Positions 25,031 to 38,215 of a DNA stretch of 64,000 nucleotides are shown piece after piece. The stretch spans positions 13,268,001 through 13,332,000 of the forward strand of contig NC_043015.1 in assembly GCF_006345805.1 (NCBI RefSeq), given 5' to 3'. The translations under genes were made by a program, and so were the position numbers. Source of the DNA: Octopus sinensis. Its lineage: Eukaryota. Under the pieces are notes generated by a model. It did no database searches and was not told the DNA's origin. It saw nothing but the letters and a program-made list of their open reading frames with translations. Each line of letters opens with the position of its first letter. The first letter of the stretch is position 1.

Positions 25031-25959
25031 AACGTTTGTTTAAGCGAACGCATAGAGGGACGAACCTGAAGCCACAGGGTTTGTACCTCTCTTTTTCTCC
25101 CTTTCGCTGTCTATCTGACAGAACCATCGTACTGCGCGCGCGCGCGCGCGTGTGTGTGTGGTGCATGTGTATGTGTATACATATAATTTTTTTACTGAGA
25201 AAACTACATGTGTATATTAACATAACACGTAGGCATGTGGTAGGCAAAGTATCAGCGGGCAAAAGTGCAATTATTAGACGGAAAACTAACTTTCCCTTTA
25301 TTATATAACTAGGTATTACCAGTAAACAAGATTCCAAGAGTATCGAAAAGGTCGAACTGTTAAAATGAAATATCATCTCTTTGATGTAAGTCTAAAGTCT
25401 GTAGTGCTTTACTATTCAAAATTTAACATTAAACAAAAGTCGGAAATGGGTTAATACAACAATAGAAATAATAGAAATAAATATTCCTCAACCACAACGA
25501 GAATATTTTCGTGCACGATTCACTTAAATTCCTCAATAAATCTATATGTAATTGAACTGAGTCAAAACTGAGATCTGAAATATCTATCATGATCTATGAT
25601 CGTATAAAATTGATTGGATTTATATATGCGAATGACATCAAACTTAGGTAATTTTATGTTTTTTCTGATTTTGATTGTAAAAACTGGCGAAACGTAGCAT
25701 AAAATCGAACATTTATTTGATTCGATACACATAAAATGATTCAAGAAGCTTTCTCCTTCGGGATGAATTGAAATGATTGTCGAGTATTTCGTGATTACAA
25801 ACATTCGATGTCAAAAGACAGATGAATTCAAATTATTCTTACCATCTCAATGAATTGAAAACTATGGCGTTCTCATTCCGCTGTATCAAGTCTTATTGTT
25901 AATAGTGGAATAAAATAATCTCATATATAAATATTTATTGAGGATAACGGCTTCAACTT

Positions 25960-26335
25960 TTGTCACAGGGCCAGAAGTTTTTGAGGGGAGGGTAAGTCGA
26001 TTACTTATTTTATCGACCCCGAAAGGGAAAACGGTAATGTCGACCTCGGCGGAATTTGAACTTAGACGAACGAAATGCCGGTAAGCAATTTGTTCGACGT
26101 GTTAACGCTTATTTCTTTATTGCTCACAAGGGACTAAAGATAGAGGGAACAAACAAGGATTGACAAAGGGATTAAGTCGATTACATCGACCTCAGTGCGT
26201 AACTGGTACTTAATTTATCGACCCCGAAAGGATGAAAGGCAAAGTCGACCTCGGCGGAATCTGAACTCAGAGCGTAACGGCAGACGAAATACTGCTAAGC
26301 ATTTCGACCGGCGTGCTAACGCTTCTGCCAGCTCG
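25960..26335 (-). mobile_element. Two adjacent or nested SINE A copies (25960-26110 older, 26111-26335 younger)
   Basis: Two occurrences of atcgaccccgaaagg...aaagtcgacctcggcggaat. Confidence 0.85.
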
Positions 26336-27299
26336 AGCTTTATTCATTGTAGATCATATTCGTAAAAATATATTTTTGGATGAAATGGTGAACAGATTCT
26401 ATTTTGCTGTTACATTGTTGACTAAATTCGCCTGTGACTGATTAAATTTCCCTTAATCGGTATGGCTAATTATTATCATTAAGTAATTGAAAATGTGTGA
26501 AAGCCATCGTAGAAATCTCGATAAGGTTAGATAATTGAAGAATATCAAAGGAAATATGTCAAAATCAAACGATTGTCATATCAACATGAATCAAAAATAT
26601 TTTGAATTGTTTGGAATATAGGTAAATTATATGTACGCAAAAATTCCCGAATATACGGCTATAACAAGGTCACAATGTTGAAAATAGACAGCAGGCTTAT
26701 ACATTCAAGTCGTAGTTTATATTGGACAAAAGTTTTGCGCAATATTTATTCGATTATCAATATATATAATACGTAACGTATCTTTGTGTATATACACTTT
26801 AGCGTTTGAAGCCGTTTGAATATGCTTCAACTTTTTAAGACTTATGCTTTTCCCATCATTCGATACGAGCTAGAATCGTTTATTCTTTTATCATTTGTCT
26901 CATAATGCTTTATGAAATAGTTTTTTAAGTGATCAAAATCCAATTCCATTCTCTTGCTGCAACAGCGTTTCTACTAAACCGGTCTGCTTGTCGCAATGGA
27001 GTGGGAGTGAATGACAGTCAGAGATGCTAAAGGCTAAACTAAATTTTTACCGTAAATTATATTTATTTTATCGATTTCACCTCCCCGCCCTCTACATGAA
27101 TATATATGAAATTAAATATTAAACTCTTGTTTTCAAAGTATTATCGCTTACGTAGCATATGTAAACCATATACATATGTGTGTGTATGTTCATGTGTTTG
27201 TATTCACATATACATACATATATACATACGTGCATACCTACATACGTGTGTGTGTGTGTATTCATATATACATACATGTATGCATGCTACATACATGTT

Positions 27300-27958
27300 T
27301 CTGTGAGAGACATCACGCATGTGATTAGCAGCTGTCCTAAAATGTCATCACGGTACTACCTCCCTATGCGGCACGATGTCGTCGCTAAAACAATTTACAA
27401 GGCCATCCATCAAAAAGACTGTCCTGAATTAAACTTAGAAAATCCCTGTTATGGAATGCATTCATAAACACCAATTCAAGGAATACTGGTTGAATATTCC
27501 CATCAAAACTTCTGTCAAATATAAACATTTTTGTTTGGGACTGAGGGGCAAAGGTATGTACTGTCATAGAGGTCAGCTGCCCTGCAGATATAAATATTTC
27601 TCTGAAAATCAAAGGGAAACAGGATGTCTATGGACAACTGCTTCGAAACCTCCAGCTTCTATATCCAGACTATGAATTCATATTCATACCAATAACAATT
27701 GGAGCGCTAAGTTTTGTTAGTAGATGCTTAAAGGAGAATCTAGACAAACTGGGATTTTCAGAAAGAGAAAATGACCGGCTAATTCGTACATTACAAGTGC
27801 AATCTGCGAGTGGAACAATAAAAATATGCAAGACTTTTCTGAAGTTCTAAATGTGAATTTGTCTGTGTTAACTACATCCTAAAGATGGAGCCTTATATCT
27901 TTGTTGGAAACCCACTTTCTCCTCAGTGGAAGATTTATAATAACCAAAACATGGAAAA
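27300..27958 (+). pseudogene. 3' fragment of an RLE-type (R4/Dong/NeSL-like) non-LTR retrotransposon
   Basis: Zn-knuckle end HVISSCPKMSSRYYLPMRHDVV, then frameshifted EYWLNIPIKT, SCPADINIS, NLQLLYPDYEFIFIP and GTIKICKTFLKF*. Confidence 0.85.
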
Positions 27959-28119
27959 CACACACACACACACACACATGATACATATATATGTACACAC
28001 ACACATACATACATGTACAGGCGTGGACAGGTTCTTGAGCAAGTGTCTTATACTTTAGCCCAGGTTCGAACAAATCCGTGCGAGTAGAGTTGGTAGACGG
28101 AAACTGAAGGAAGTGCACC

Positions 28120-28150
<31 letters not shown>

Positions 28151-28733
28151 TGTATGTATGTATGTATGTATGTATGTATGTAGTATGTATGTATGTATGT
28201 ATGTATTATGTATGTAGGAATGTAGGTATATATACATATATGTAAGTAAATATATATAAATGAATGTGTAGATGTATGTATGTATGTATGTATTCTTGTG
28301 TATATATATATATGTGTGTGTGTGGTGTGTGTGTGTGTGGTGTGTGTGTGTGTGTGTGTAGTTCCAACTTACAGAAAGCAAAGTCGAAGTCAAAGAACTA
28401 CAAGCAGGTTGTAGATGTATGTGTGTGTGTATGTATATATATGAGTGTGTGTGTGTGTGTGTGTGTGTGTCCATCTACTATTTCCTGCCTTTAGGCTTTC
28501 ACTTCATACACGCCGGCTCAATTTGATTCGTTCTCAATCGAAAGACACCTGTTGTTATTTCTTGTTGTTATATTCGTAATTGTGTACCATGTTCTCCGTT
28601 TTTTTGTTTGTTTTTTTGTTTTTTTCTTTGTTGCCATACACATTCACTAGCTTTCTTACTTAGGGGTCTAATGCTCTTAGCTTAAACATACACACACACA
28701 CACACACACACATATATATTATGAGAGAGAGAG

Positions 28734-28815
<82 letters not shown>

Positions 28816-28879
28816 GTAGATATACATACGTGTATATGTATATGTATACGTGTGTGTATATATGTATATGTATCGTGTA

Positions 28880-29150
28880 TATATGTATGTATGTATGTAT
28901 GTATATATAAGGAGAATTCACAAAAAAATAAAAGACCAAGACAGGTGGTGTAGACAAGAAACACATGTATTAGTTTAACGCTCGGGAAGTGAAAAAGTAT
29001 TTAACGTTTCGAGCCTACGCTCTTCTACAGAAAGGAACACAGAAAGAAACAAAGAGAGAAAATAAAGAATGTGTAGTGGCTAGCGATCTATCATCTCGAA
29101 TGCCGGAAAAAAGGGTCACACAGGAGAGCTAGGGAGAAGGGGAGATAATA
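28880..29150 (-). mobile_element. Penelope-like terminal-repeat fragment with hammerhead-like core
   Basis: Minus strand ctttCTGTAGAAgagcgtaggctcGAAACGTTaaa at 29034-28998. Confidence 0.6.
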
Positions 29151-29350
29151 AAGTGGTGGTGATCCCAAAACGAATGTGCGCGTGCGTGTGTATAAGAGAG
29201 TTTGTATGTGCGTGTGGAAGAGGGCTGGTGATCTTGATATGTGCGTGTAGGTGTGAGGGTGTTGGGGGGTGGGGGAGGCGAGAGTGGGGGAAAGCAAGGG
29301 TGGGGTGTGATATATATATATGTATGCATATATATATATATATGTGTATA

Positions 29351-29457
<107 letters not shown>

Positions 29458-29476
29458 GACAGACATACAGACAGAC

Positions 29477-29533
<57 letters not shown>

Positions 29534-30002
29534 TTACGTTGATAGATATGAAGTGGACCATAATATTTTCAACGAAGACATTACAAATGTATCTGTTCAA
29601 GTGCTTCAGTTTTGTGTATGTACATATATTTACTCGACTGCTGACATTTTTCAGTGGTTTCTTCCATTATTTTGATTCACCATTTTCTACCATTAATAGA
29701 ACTGTCAGCATTTCTGAAGATACGGGTATACTAGTATAACATAATTCTTAGGTGAGATAGGTTAGAGGTAAGTGTTAAATGACGCAAGTGTTAACATTGA
29801 GATTTATATAAAATAGAAAACTTAGGAGAAGAGAATGCCAGGCATTAATCGTGCATAAAGCGCAAGATTATATCAGTAGACAGAAAGTTGCATTAAGATT
29901 GCATCAGAAACAATGCTAAGAATTAGGAAATCGCATTGAAGTTTCAAAGTCGATAATTCTTACATACATATGCAACCACGAACACGCATACACACACATA
30001 CA

Positions 30003-30175
30003 TTTTCTCTCTCTCTCTCTCTCTCTCTCTTCTCCCTCTCTCTCTCTCTCTCTTCTCCCTCTCTCTCTCTCTCTCTTCTCCCTCTCTCTCTCTCTCTCTT
30101 CTCCCTCTCTCTCTCTCTCTCTCTCTCTCCTCTTCTCCCTCTCTCTCTCTCTCTCTTTCTCTTTTTCTCTTTCTT
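30003..30175. repeat. Composite (TC)n-TTC-TCCC polypyrimidine tract
   Basis: Direct reading; source of the RE-rich ORFs. Confidence 0.95.
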
Positions 30176-30442
30176 GCAAACATCACTAATGAATTTCTTC
30201 AATCTATTACACACACACACACACACTCACACACACGTGCATACTCAAATTTCTCTCTCTCACTCTCTCATTCAGACTCTCCTTTTAACACCACACACAC
30301 AAGTACCTTCCCCTCACATATCACATACTTTTTCTCTTTTTCTCATTACGCAGAAATCTTTCAGTCTGTCTGTCGGTCTCTCTCTCTCTGCTATTTTCCT
30401 CTCTCTCACACGTAGACTCACTCTCTTACACTTATTTTAATA

Positions 30443-30640
30443 TATAAACGTCTGCATGTATGTGTGTGTGTGTGCGTGTGCGTGCGTGCATGCATGCGTG
30501 TGTTCCAAGCTGTCAGCCACAGTTTTGCTCCCATGGAGCTGAAATTTTACATAGGGATACATCTTTTCAAGAGGCGTGTGGTCTTAGTTTATGTGAATTC
30601 GGATATTTTCAAAAAAGAGAATAGCTTCGATGCGACACTT
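30443..30640 (+). mobile_element. Possible 5' portion of a non-autonomous Helitron-like element
   Basis: tatataaacgtctg followed by TG repeats and gctgaaattttacataggg resembles the 5' layout at 62093; no 3' end found. Confidence 0.35.
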
Positions 30641-31055
30641 CTGAGTGAATCAACTTTACCGATCCAACTAAAGACTGTCAGCTTCTTTTTAAAAAGACTT
30701 ACAATGGTTTCAAATTTTGGCACAAGACCAGAAAGTTCTGGTGAGGTCTAAGTCGATTACATCGACCCCAGTGTTCAACTGCTACTTATTTTATCGACCC
30801 CGAAAGGCAAAATCGACCTCGGTTGAATTTGAACTCAGAACGTAAAGACCGATGAAATACTGAAATATCGTGCTAACGATTCTGACAGTTCGCCGCTTTA
30901 AGCAGTCTTATAATATAATGTTTATTTAAAATATAGAGGATTCTTGCAATTACTCTTTTGCTTTTCACCAGGGCAATAAATCACCAGCAGACACTCTCCG
31001 GCCTCTAGCTCGCAAGCTTGATGTTTCTTCTCTCTACCTTTTTGTTACTATTATA

Positions 31056-31290
31056 ACGGACAGACAAATGTTGAGATGGTTTGGCCACATGGTGAGGATG
31101 GATGAGAAGCGGATGGTAAGGAGGGTGATGAAGGCAGAAGTGGTAGACAGCAGAACCGGATACAGACCTCGGTTTGTGTGGATGGATGGATGGAGCGAGG
31201 AAAGCTTTAGTGGTTGGAGGTGTTGGAGTCAGAGAGGCAAGTGAATTTATAAATGATAGAAAAGCTTGGAGAGTGTTTGTGGACGGATGA
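31056..31290 (+). pseudogene. RTE-clade LINE RT C-terminal fragment
   Basis: MLRWFGHMVRMDEKRMVRRVMKAEVVDSRTGYRPRFVWMDG matches the RW.GHV.RM...GRP...W.D motif. Confidence 0.8.
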
Positions 31291-32249
31291 GTGAATCTGA
31301 TGTTGCTCAAAGGGGTACAGATCAGCATGAAGCGGCGGGAATAAACCGGCATATGTTGTCGGGCCCCGCTGCTGATATTGGGGCTTGCGTTCTATGCCTT
31401 GACCAGAGCATAGAACGGGGCTTGCCTCTTGAGCTGGGAAATGAATGGAATGCCTTGTGTGTGTCTTGTTGTGGCTACTCCCTCCTAAAAAAATGGAGTA
31501 TAAGCTTGGGTATATAAAAAAAATATATAACGGTTTCTGTTCCTCGGAGATGACCCTTGTTGCGTCCATTTCCCTTACCTCGGACCTGCGCTTATCATTA
31601 TCTCCAGTTTTCCCCACCACCCATAACATAATCCTCCTGGAATATTTCCCCTGCTCACTTCTTTCCTGTAGGTGTTGATCTGCAATTGTTTGAACGGAAT
31701 ATTTGCAGTATGAAGCTCACCGGTCTCGCAACACCTTCCTCTGAACACAGTATTTAATAAATAAGCAAAAGATAAACGCATAAGGCAAGGTTATGCTGAT
31801 AGTATAAAATAAAGTAGAAATTTAGATTCTAACTAGAAATGCAGCGATATAAATAAAAGTAGAATTTTGTGCCAAAACTTGAAATCTATATGCGAGAAAA
31901 GGAGAAATATATACATACCGTAAATCTTCGAGTATAATCGGCATCTTTTTCCCAAAATTTAAAGGTCAAAATTCCTAGAGCGTACTACATACGAGGTTAA
32001 AAATGAAAATTATTTTCTAAGCAATGTCCAAGTCTCTATTTACTGTCTGGCAATGTTTATTCAGACGCATTTTGTGATGTCGGGCGCGAAAATACCTTAA
32101 ATCAGCCATAACTTGCAGTTAGCAACATTTATTAAACGTTATTACTGTTATTTCTTTATTTTCTGCAAACAAAATGCATAAAAAAGCTACACGTTTGCAT
32201 TATGCCTTGTGAGTGGGTTGGTAGACGGAAAATAAAAGAAGCCCGTCGC

Positions 32250-32420
32250 ATATATATAATTACATACGTGCTGTTGGCGATCTCTTTTCCTTCTTTGATC
32301 TTTACCCTTTCTCTTTTCCGACGAAGAGCTATGTTCGAAACGTCAAACTCTTTTCACCGTTAATACATTGCTTGTGCACGTCCTCTTGTTGTCCGTTAAT
32401 CTCACTCGTTTATTTGAATT
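32250..32420 (+). mobile_element. Penelope-like terminal-repeat fragment with hammerhead-like core
   Basis: tttCCGACGAAgagctatgttcGAAACGTCaaa at 32314-32348. Confidence 0.55.
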
Positions 32421-32421
32421 G

Positions 32422-32463
<42 letters not shown>

Positions 32464-32488
32464 ACACACATATATATATATATATATA

Positions 32489-32527
<39 letters not shown>

Positions 32528-32532
<5 letters not shown>

Positions 32533-32665
32533 GCATCCTTTTTTCTCGGGAGACAATGGAGTTACGCATAAACTAATCCAGTCTGATTTTTACATTCATG
32601 TCCTCTCCAGTTTCCCCTCCAGTCTTGCGCACGCCTGGGCACTGAGTAGCCCAATCGTCAGGATT
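32528..32665 (+). mobile_element. Possible RTE 5'-end fragment
   Basis: gttggcatcctt...tctcgggagacaatgg...tgtcctctccag...gcgcacgcctggg resembles RTE 5' UTRs recalled from other animals; not verified. Confidence 0.35.
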
Positions 32666-32679
32666 TCTCTCTCTATATG

Positions 32680-32739
<60 letters not shown>

Positions 32740-32855
32740 TATATATATATCTATATATATATATATATCTATATATATATATATCTATATATATATATAT
32801 ATCTATATATATATATATATCTATATATATATATATATATCTATATATATATATA

Positions 32856-32890
<35 letters not shown>

Positions 32891-33610
32891 TTGTGTGTGT
32901 TTGTCTTTGTGTATGTATTTGTCCCACACCACCGATTGACAACCGGTGTTTGTGAATTTACGTCCTCATAACATTAGAATAAGTAGTAGGCTTATTCTTC
33001 AAGGCGGTGCCTCTGCATGGCTGCAGTCTAATCACTGAAACAAGTAAAAGACATAGATAAACATTGTAATAAAATCTTAATTCATATTATGGTGCATATT
33101 CTATTGTATTCCGATTCATTTTCTATCCCTGTGCTTCTCCCAACCTTCCCCGTATGTTGCAGTAAATCGTAAATAATGATTTAAAACCAAAATGACAGGT
33201 AGCTATTTAAAATCAGCTGATGTGTCGGTAGGACGCGGCGTATACAAAACATTAGCCTATCTATTTTTCTTTTTTGACATATCACTTCACTTTATCTTTA
33301 TCTTTTCTTCTTCTTGTTTTTGTGGAAACTGGCAGTAAATAGGTAGTTTAGAGAAAAATAAAATAAAAAATTGTTGTCTTCAAACTTTCCCAAACAGCCT
33401 GCTTATAAAAGATACACTTAGAAGCGGCATTATCACTGAATTTCACGCTTGGTGAGTTTCCTTCCATTGAAGTTACACGTTCAGCTCGGCAATAGAAACT
33501 ATTATTAGTTTCATAGTTCACCTTCTAACTAATAAAACAATCACAGCAGACGAAGGAGTTTCAATGTGAAAGACAGTGAAATAAAAAAGTGTGTGTGTTT
33601 GTGTGTGTGT

Positions 33611-33950
33611 GTTTGTATGCGTATGTGTGCATGTATTTATGTATGTATATATGCATGTCTGCATGTGTGTATGTATTTTATGTATTTTATGTATGTATGT
33701 ATGTATGTATGTATGTATGTATGTATGTATGTATTATGTATGTATGTATGTATGTATGTATGTATGTATGTATGTATGTATGTATGTATGTATGTGCATA
33801 TATACGTATGTATATATTTGTATGTATACGTATGTATGTGTATGTGTATGTATATATACGTATATACATGTATGTGTGTGTATATATATGTGTATGTATA
33901 TATATATATATATGTGTGTGTGTGTAAATATATAAACAGTATATATATTT

Positions 33951-33997
<47 letters not shown>

Positions 33998-34401
33998 ATT
34001 TATATATATAGTATACACATTTACACACACACATATATTATATATGTGTGTGTGTGTGTGTGTGTGTTTGTATGCGTATGTGTGCATGTATTTATGTATG
34101 TATATATGCATGTCTGCATGTGTGTATGTATTTTATGTATTTTATGTATGTATGTATGTATGTATGTATGTATGTATGTAGTATGTATGTATGTATGTAT
34201 GTATGTATGTATGTATGTATGTATGTATGTATGTATGTATGTATGTGCATATATACGTATGTATATATTTGTATGTATACGTATGTATGTGTATGTGTAT
34301 GTATATATACGTATATACATGTATGTGTGTGTATATATATGTGTATGTATATATATATATATATGTGTGTGTGTGTAAATATATAAACAGTATATATATT
34401 T

Positions 34402-34448
<47 letters not shown>

Positions 34449-34489
34449 ATTTATATATATAGTATACACATTTACACACACACATATAT

Positions 34490-34522
<33 letters not shown>

Positions 34523-34802
34523 TTGTATGCGTATGTGTGCATGTATTTATGTATGTATATATGCATGTCTGCATGTGTGTATGTATTTTATGTATTTTAT
34601 GTATGTATGTATGTATGTATGTATGTATGTATGTAGTATGTATGTATGTATGTATGTATGTATGTATGTATGTATGTATGTATGTATGTATGTATGTATG
34701 TGCATATATACGTATGTATATATTTGTATGTATACGTATGTATGTGTATGTGTATGTATATATACGTATATACATGTATGTGTGTGTATATATATGTGTA
34801 TG

Positions 34803-34833
<31 letters not shown>

Positions 34834-34990
34834 AAATATATAAACAGTATATATATTTACATACACACACACACACCACACACACACACACACATATATA
34901 TATAATTTATATATATAGTATACACATTTACACACACACATATATTATATATGTGTGTGTGTGTGTGGTGTGTGTGTGTGTGTGTGTACA
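33611..34990. repeat. Three tandem copies of a 455-bp unit composed of microsatellites
   Basis: Anchor gtttgtatgcgtatgtgtgcatg at 33611, 34066 and 34521. Confidence 0.95.
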
Positions 34991-35324
34991 TACGGACTAC
35001 GATTTAACGGATTTCGCATTCAACGGACCGAATAATAGTACCACTATACTGTACTGCCGTTATAGTCACGGGAAAATGCACTACAACCATCCCATGAAAA
35101 AGAGAAGTAAAATTACATCTTCATTGTAGTAATTCAATAATTTATAGCCGCATTAATGTATCTAGTTTTAGAGTTATTTTTTTTTATATATATATATATC
35201 TTACAAACAATAAAATGCACCACTTATGTTATTTTCTATCTTACAAACGCTTAGTATTTACGTACACATTTTCTCCTTGCTACTCCGTAAAATCCAAGGT
35301 TCACGACACGCACGCACACACACA

Positions 35325-35390
<66 letters not shown>

Positions 35391-36115
35391 ACACACACAT
35401 ATATATATATATATCTGTAAATTACTATGTTACCATTATTCAATAGCCAAGATAAAACCCTGAGTTTCGGATGTCGAAGTGGAAATCCACAACACCATCT
35501 CTTCAGTTATCTGGCCATCTGCTTACATATATATGTGTATGTGTATGTCTATGTATGCTTTTTCAATTGTATTTTATTTTAGTTCTTGATAGAGTTCAAG
35601 CCGGCCGCTAACAAAGCGACAATGCTTTTTGAGTAAAGAAGTTACCTGGTGTTTGCAAGTATGTGGTTGAGTTGGCGTGTTGGTTGAACTGTCGATGCAT
35701 ACACCCAAGTGAGTGCGTCTATTCACTTAAGAAGCTCAGATAGAGAAGTTTTAGAATGTCTTACAAATCCTTACTCTGCCACTAATATTGGGGAATCTAC
35801 GTCCGTTTCTTTTGCTCTTTCTTCCATGAAACCGAATATTTATAGGTTTTTGTGCAAATTTGTTGGTGCATAACCTAATGCACTTATGATGATAGGTACA
35901 AATGAAAATTTCAGTCAGGGTACAAGAGCTGTAAGTTCGGCATTATTTCGCCATAAATGCTCTCTGTGCATGTATACATGTATGTACATATGCATGCATG
36001 CATGTATGTGTGTGTATGTATGTATGTTTGTGTTTCTGTGTGTGTATGCATATATGTACGTATGTATGTGTGTATGTATGTATACATGCATGTGTGTGTG
36101 TGTCTATGTATGTGT

Positions 36116-36990
36116 CATTATTCAGTTTATTTCAAGATTTTTTGCTAATAGTGAAAGAGCCGGTTTCTAACTTACATCGAAGACTCCTTCATTGAAATTT
36201 CAGCATCAACAACAGGTATGTATGTATGTATGTATGTATGTATGTATGTATGTATGTATGTATGTATGTATGTATTATGTATGTATGTATGTATGTATGT
36301 ATGTATGTATGTATGTATGTATATGTGCAGATTTGTATGTTTTATGGATGTATTCTCACGCTTATAGTTATATATCTAGAATGCTTATACATATCTAAAT
36401 GATAAACTTCCGGAAAGTTTTACAGATTTTCACAGTTCCAAAGCATAATTTCTCAAGATTGGTATTTAGGCAGTGTTACATATGCCAGAGCCCCAATAAT
36501 TACAGGAATAAACCTGAACTTGTAATCCGGATAGGGTAACTGCAGATTTCTCAATAGTTCAGCATAGGTGTTCTCTTTTTCATTGATCTTCAGTTTTATG
36601 TTAACATCCGCTGGGCAGCTAATTTCCACAACTGTTCAGTTTCTCTTCTCTATCTCAAATCCTTATATCAGGTCTGTTGTGCTTACATTTTATTGAGGTC
36701 TTCACTGGTATATTCCACCAGTATTCCTTTTTATTATGAGCGGCTATGACTTCTGCCATGTTGTGGGTTATTTCTTTGTCCTCGGGATTATCCTTCCGAC
36801 GGATTTCATTAGAGCTACAACATCATGTCTCATCATTAGATGATACCCTGATGACATTTTCGGACATCTGCTTATGATGTGGGGGATATCTTCAGTGTGA
36901 ACTCCACAAAGTCTGCATCGTTTGTCACATTTTACGGTTTTTCCTGCATCTCTGTCCCTTTTGTGCATCAAGCACTTGGTTGATATTTCC
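36116..36990 (-). pseudogene. 3' fragment of an RLE-type (R4/Dong-like) LINE including a 3' UTR with internal (TACA)n
   Basis: CRLCGVHTEDIPHIISRCPKMSSGYHLMMRHDVV, EISCPADVNIKLKINEKENTYAELLRNLQ and GTVKICKTF. The UTR extent past the (TACA)n to ...aataaactgaataat is inference. Confidence 0.85.
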
Positions 36991-37049
36991 CGTTCCTGGA
37001 TAGCAAACGCACACCCTTAAAAGTGGGAGGGAGATAAAATGTACAATGG

Positions 37050-37790
37050 ACTGCCGCAATTCTTAGTGGTTCAGGTCTCGACTTGTGTTCTTTACACCTA
37101 GCTTATTTTTAAAAAAAATATTGATAACGAAGGTCTCTGTATATCTTACTTAACGTGGATATACAGTAAAAAGCTACAAAATTGCGATGATCCTTTTGAA
37201 ACAGTATCTCATATTGGAGGCTATGAGTAGCAGATGAAAAGTGTTCAGTACCGCCGGTAAGATTGCTAAATCCAGATTTCTGATTCCTAACAAATATCCA
37301 CGAACGGTTCCACCTACGCTGCCGGACGTTTTCTTGTCTAGTACTTATGCACTTCTGTGCTTTTTAGCACTATACGTCTATACGAGATGCTGTGTGGAGA
37401 TGAATACCGTAGATTTGTGGCGTTCTACAGTATATACATGTTAAATATGATACACAGTATGCTATTTTGAACTATTATTGCTTCTGTCATTAATAACGAA
37501 TTGTTTATAAATTTTCTGGTAACGCTTGTGCTATTAGGATGCTAGAGTTGTGAGCGGCAGAGCATCCTACCTATTCTAAAGTGTTTTCCAGAGAGTTGCG
37601 GCTATGTTGAATTTATACCGAGCTGCTGAGCACTCATCAAGTTTACTGCCTGTGAATGCTTTTGGAGAAAATAACTTATCTGCAGATATTGCTGCGACCA
37701 TGTCACGAATGTATTGGGTGTTCTGAATTGCTTCTCTGGGACAAGGTAAATGTTTCGTTGGAGTATTTTGCTCATCGTATACTGATAGTA
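37050..37790 (-). pseudogene. Possible decayed hAT (Tip100/ZMYM1-like) transposase fragment
   Basis: Loose similarity of ISYFLQKHSQAVNLMSAQQL and LPAVLNTFHLLL to hAT C-terminal motifs; many stops. Confidence 0.3.
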
Positions 37791-37804
37791 TTGGTGTTAT
37801 TTGG

Positions 37805-38215
37805 CAGATGGCGGGTTGGAAAAATCGTAGCGGCATTTCATCCGGCTTTACGTTCTGAGCACAAATTCCTCCGAGTTCGACTTTTGCTTTCAGTCTTTCG
37901 GAGTCAATAAAATAAATACCAGTCAAGTACTGAGGTCAATGTAATCGATTTTCCCCTCCACTCAAAAACTGCTAGGTCAAAATTTGCAACAATTATTATT
38001 TGTTTAGATTAAGGTGGTCTGCTGGCAGAATCGTTAGCATATCGGTCAAAATGCTCAGTGACATTTCCTCAGTCTCATTGCGTTCAAATTCCACCGAAGT
38101 CAAATTTGCTTTTCATTTCGAGTTCGAGAAGTACCAGACTGCGGCCGATATAATCGACTATGCTCCTCTCTTAAAATTGCTGGCCTCGTACCCTAGATTT
38201 TCAACGATATTTTGG
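37805..38215 (+). mobile_element. Two head-to-tail SINE A copies
   Basis: 37805-37995 and 38010-38215, joined by attattatt. Confidence 0.8.

Noticed and set aside
37592-37745. Plus-strand exon-like segment with acceptor and GTAAAT donor
   Set aside because: No frame is open across it. The in-frame TGA has no supporting selenoprotein evidence, and the opposite strand weakly resembles hAT transposase.
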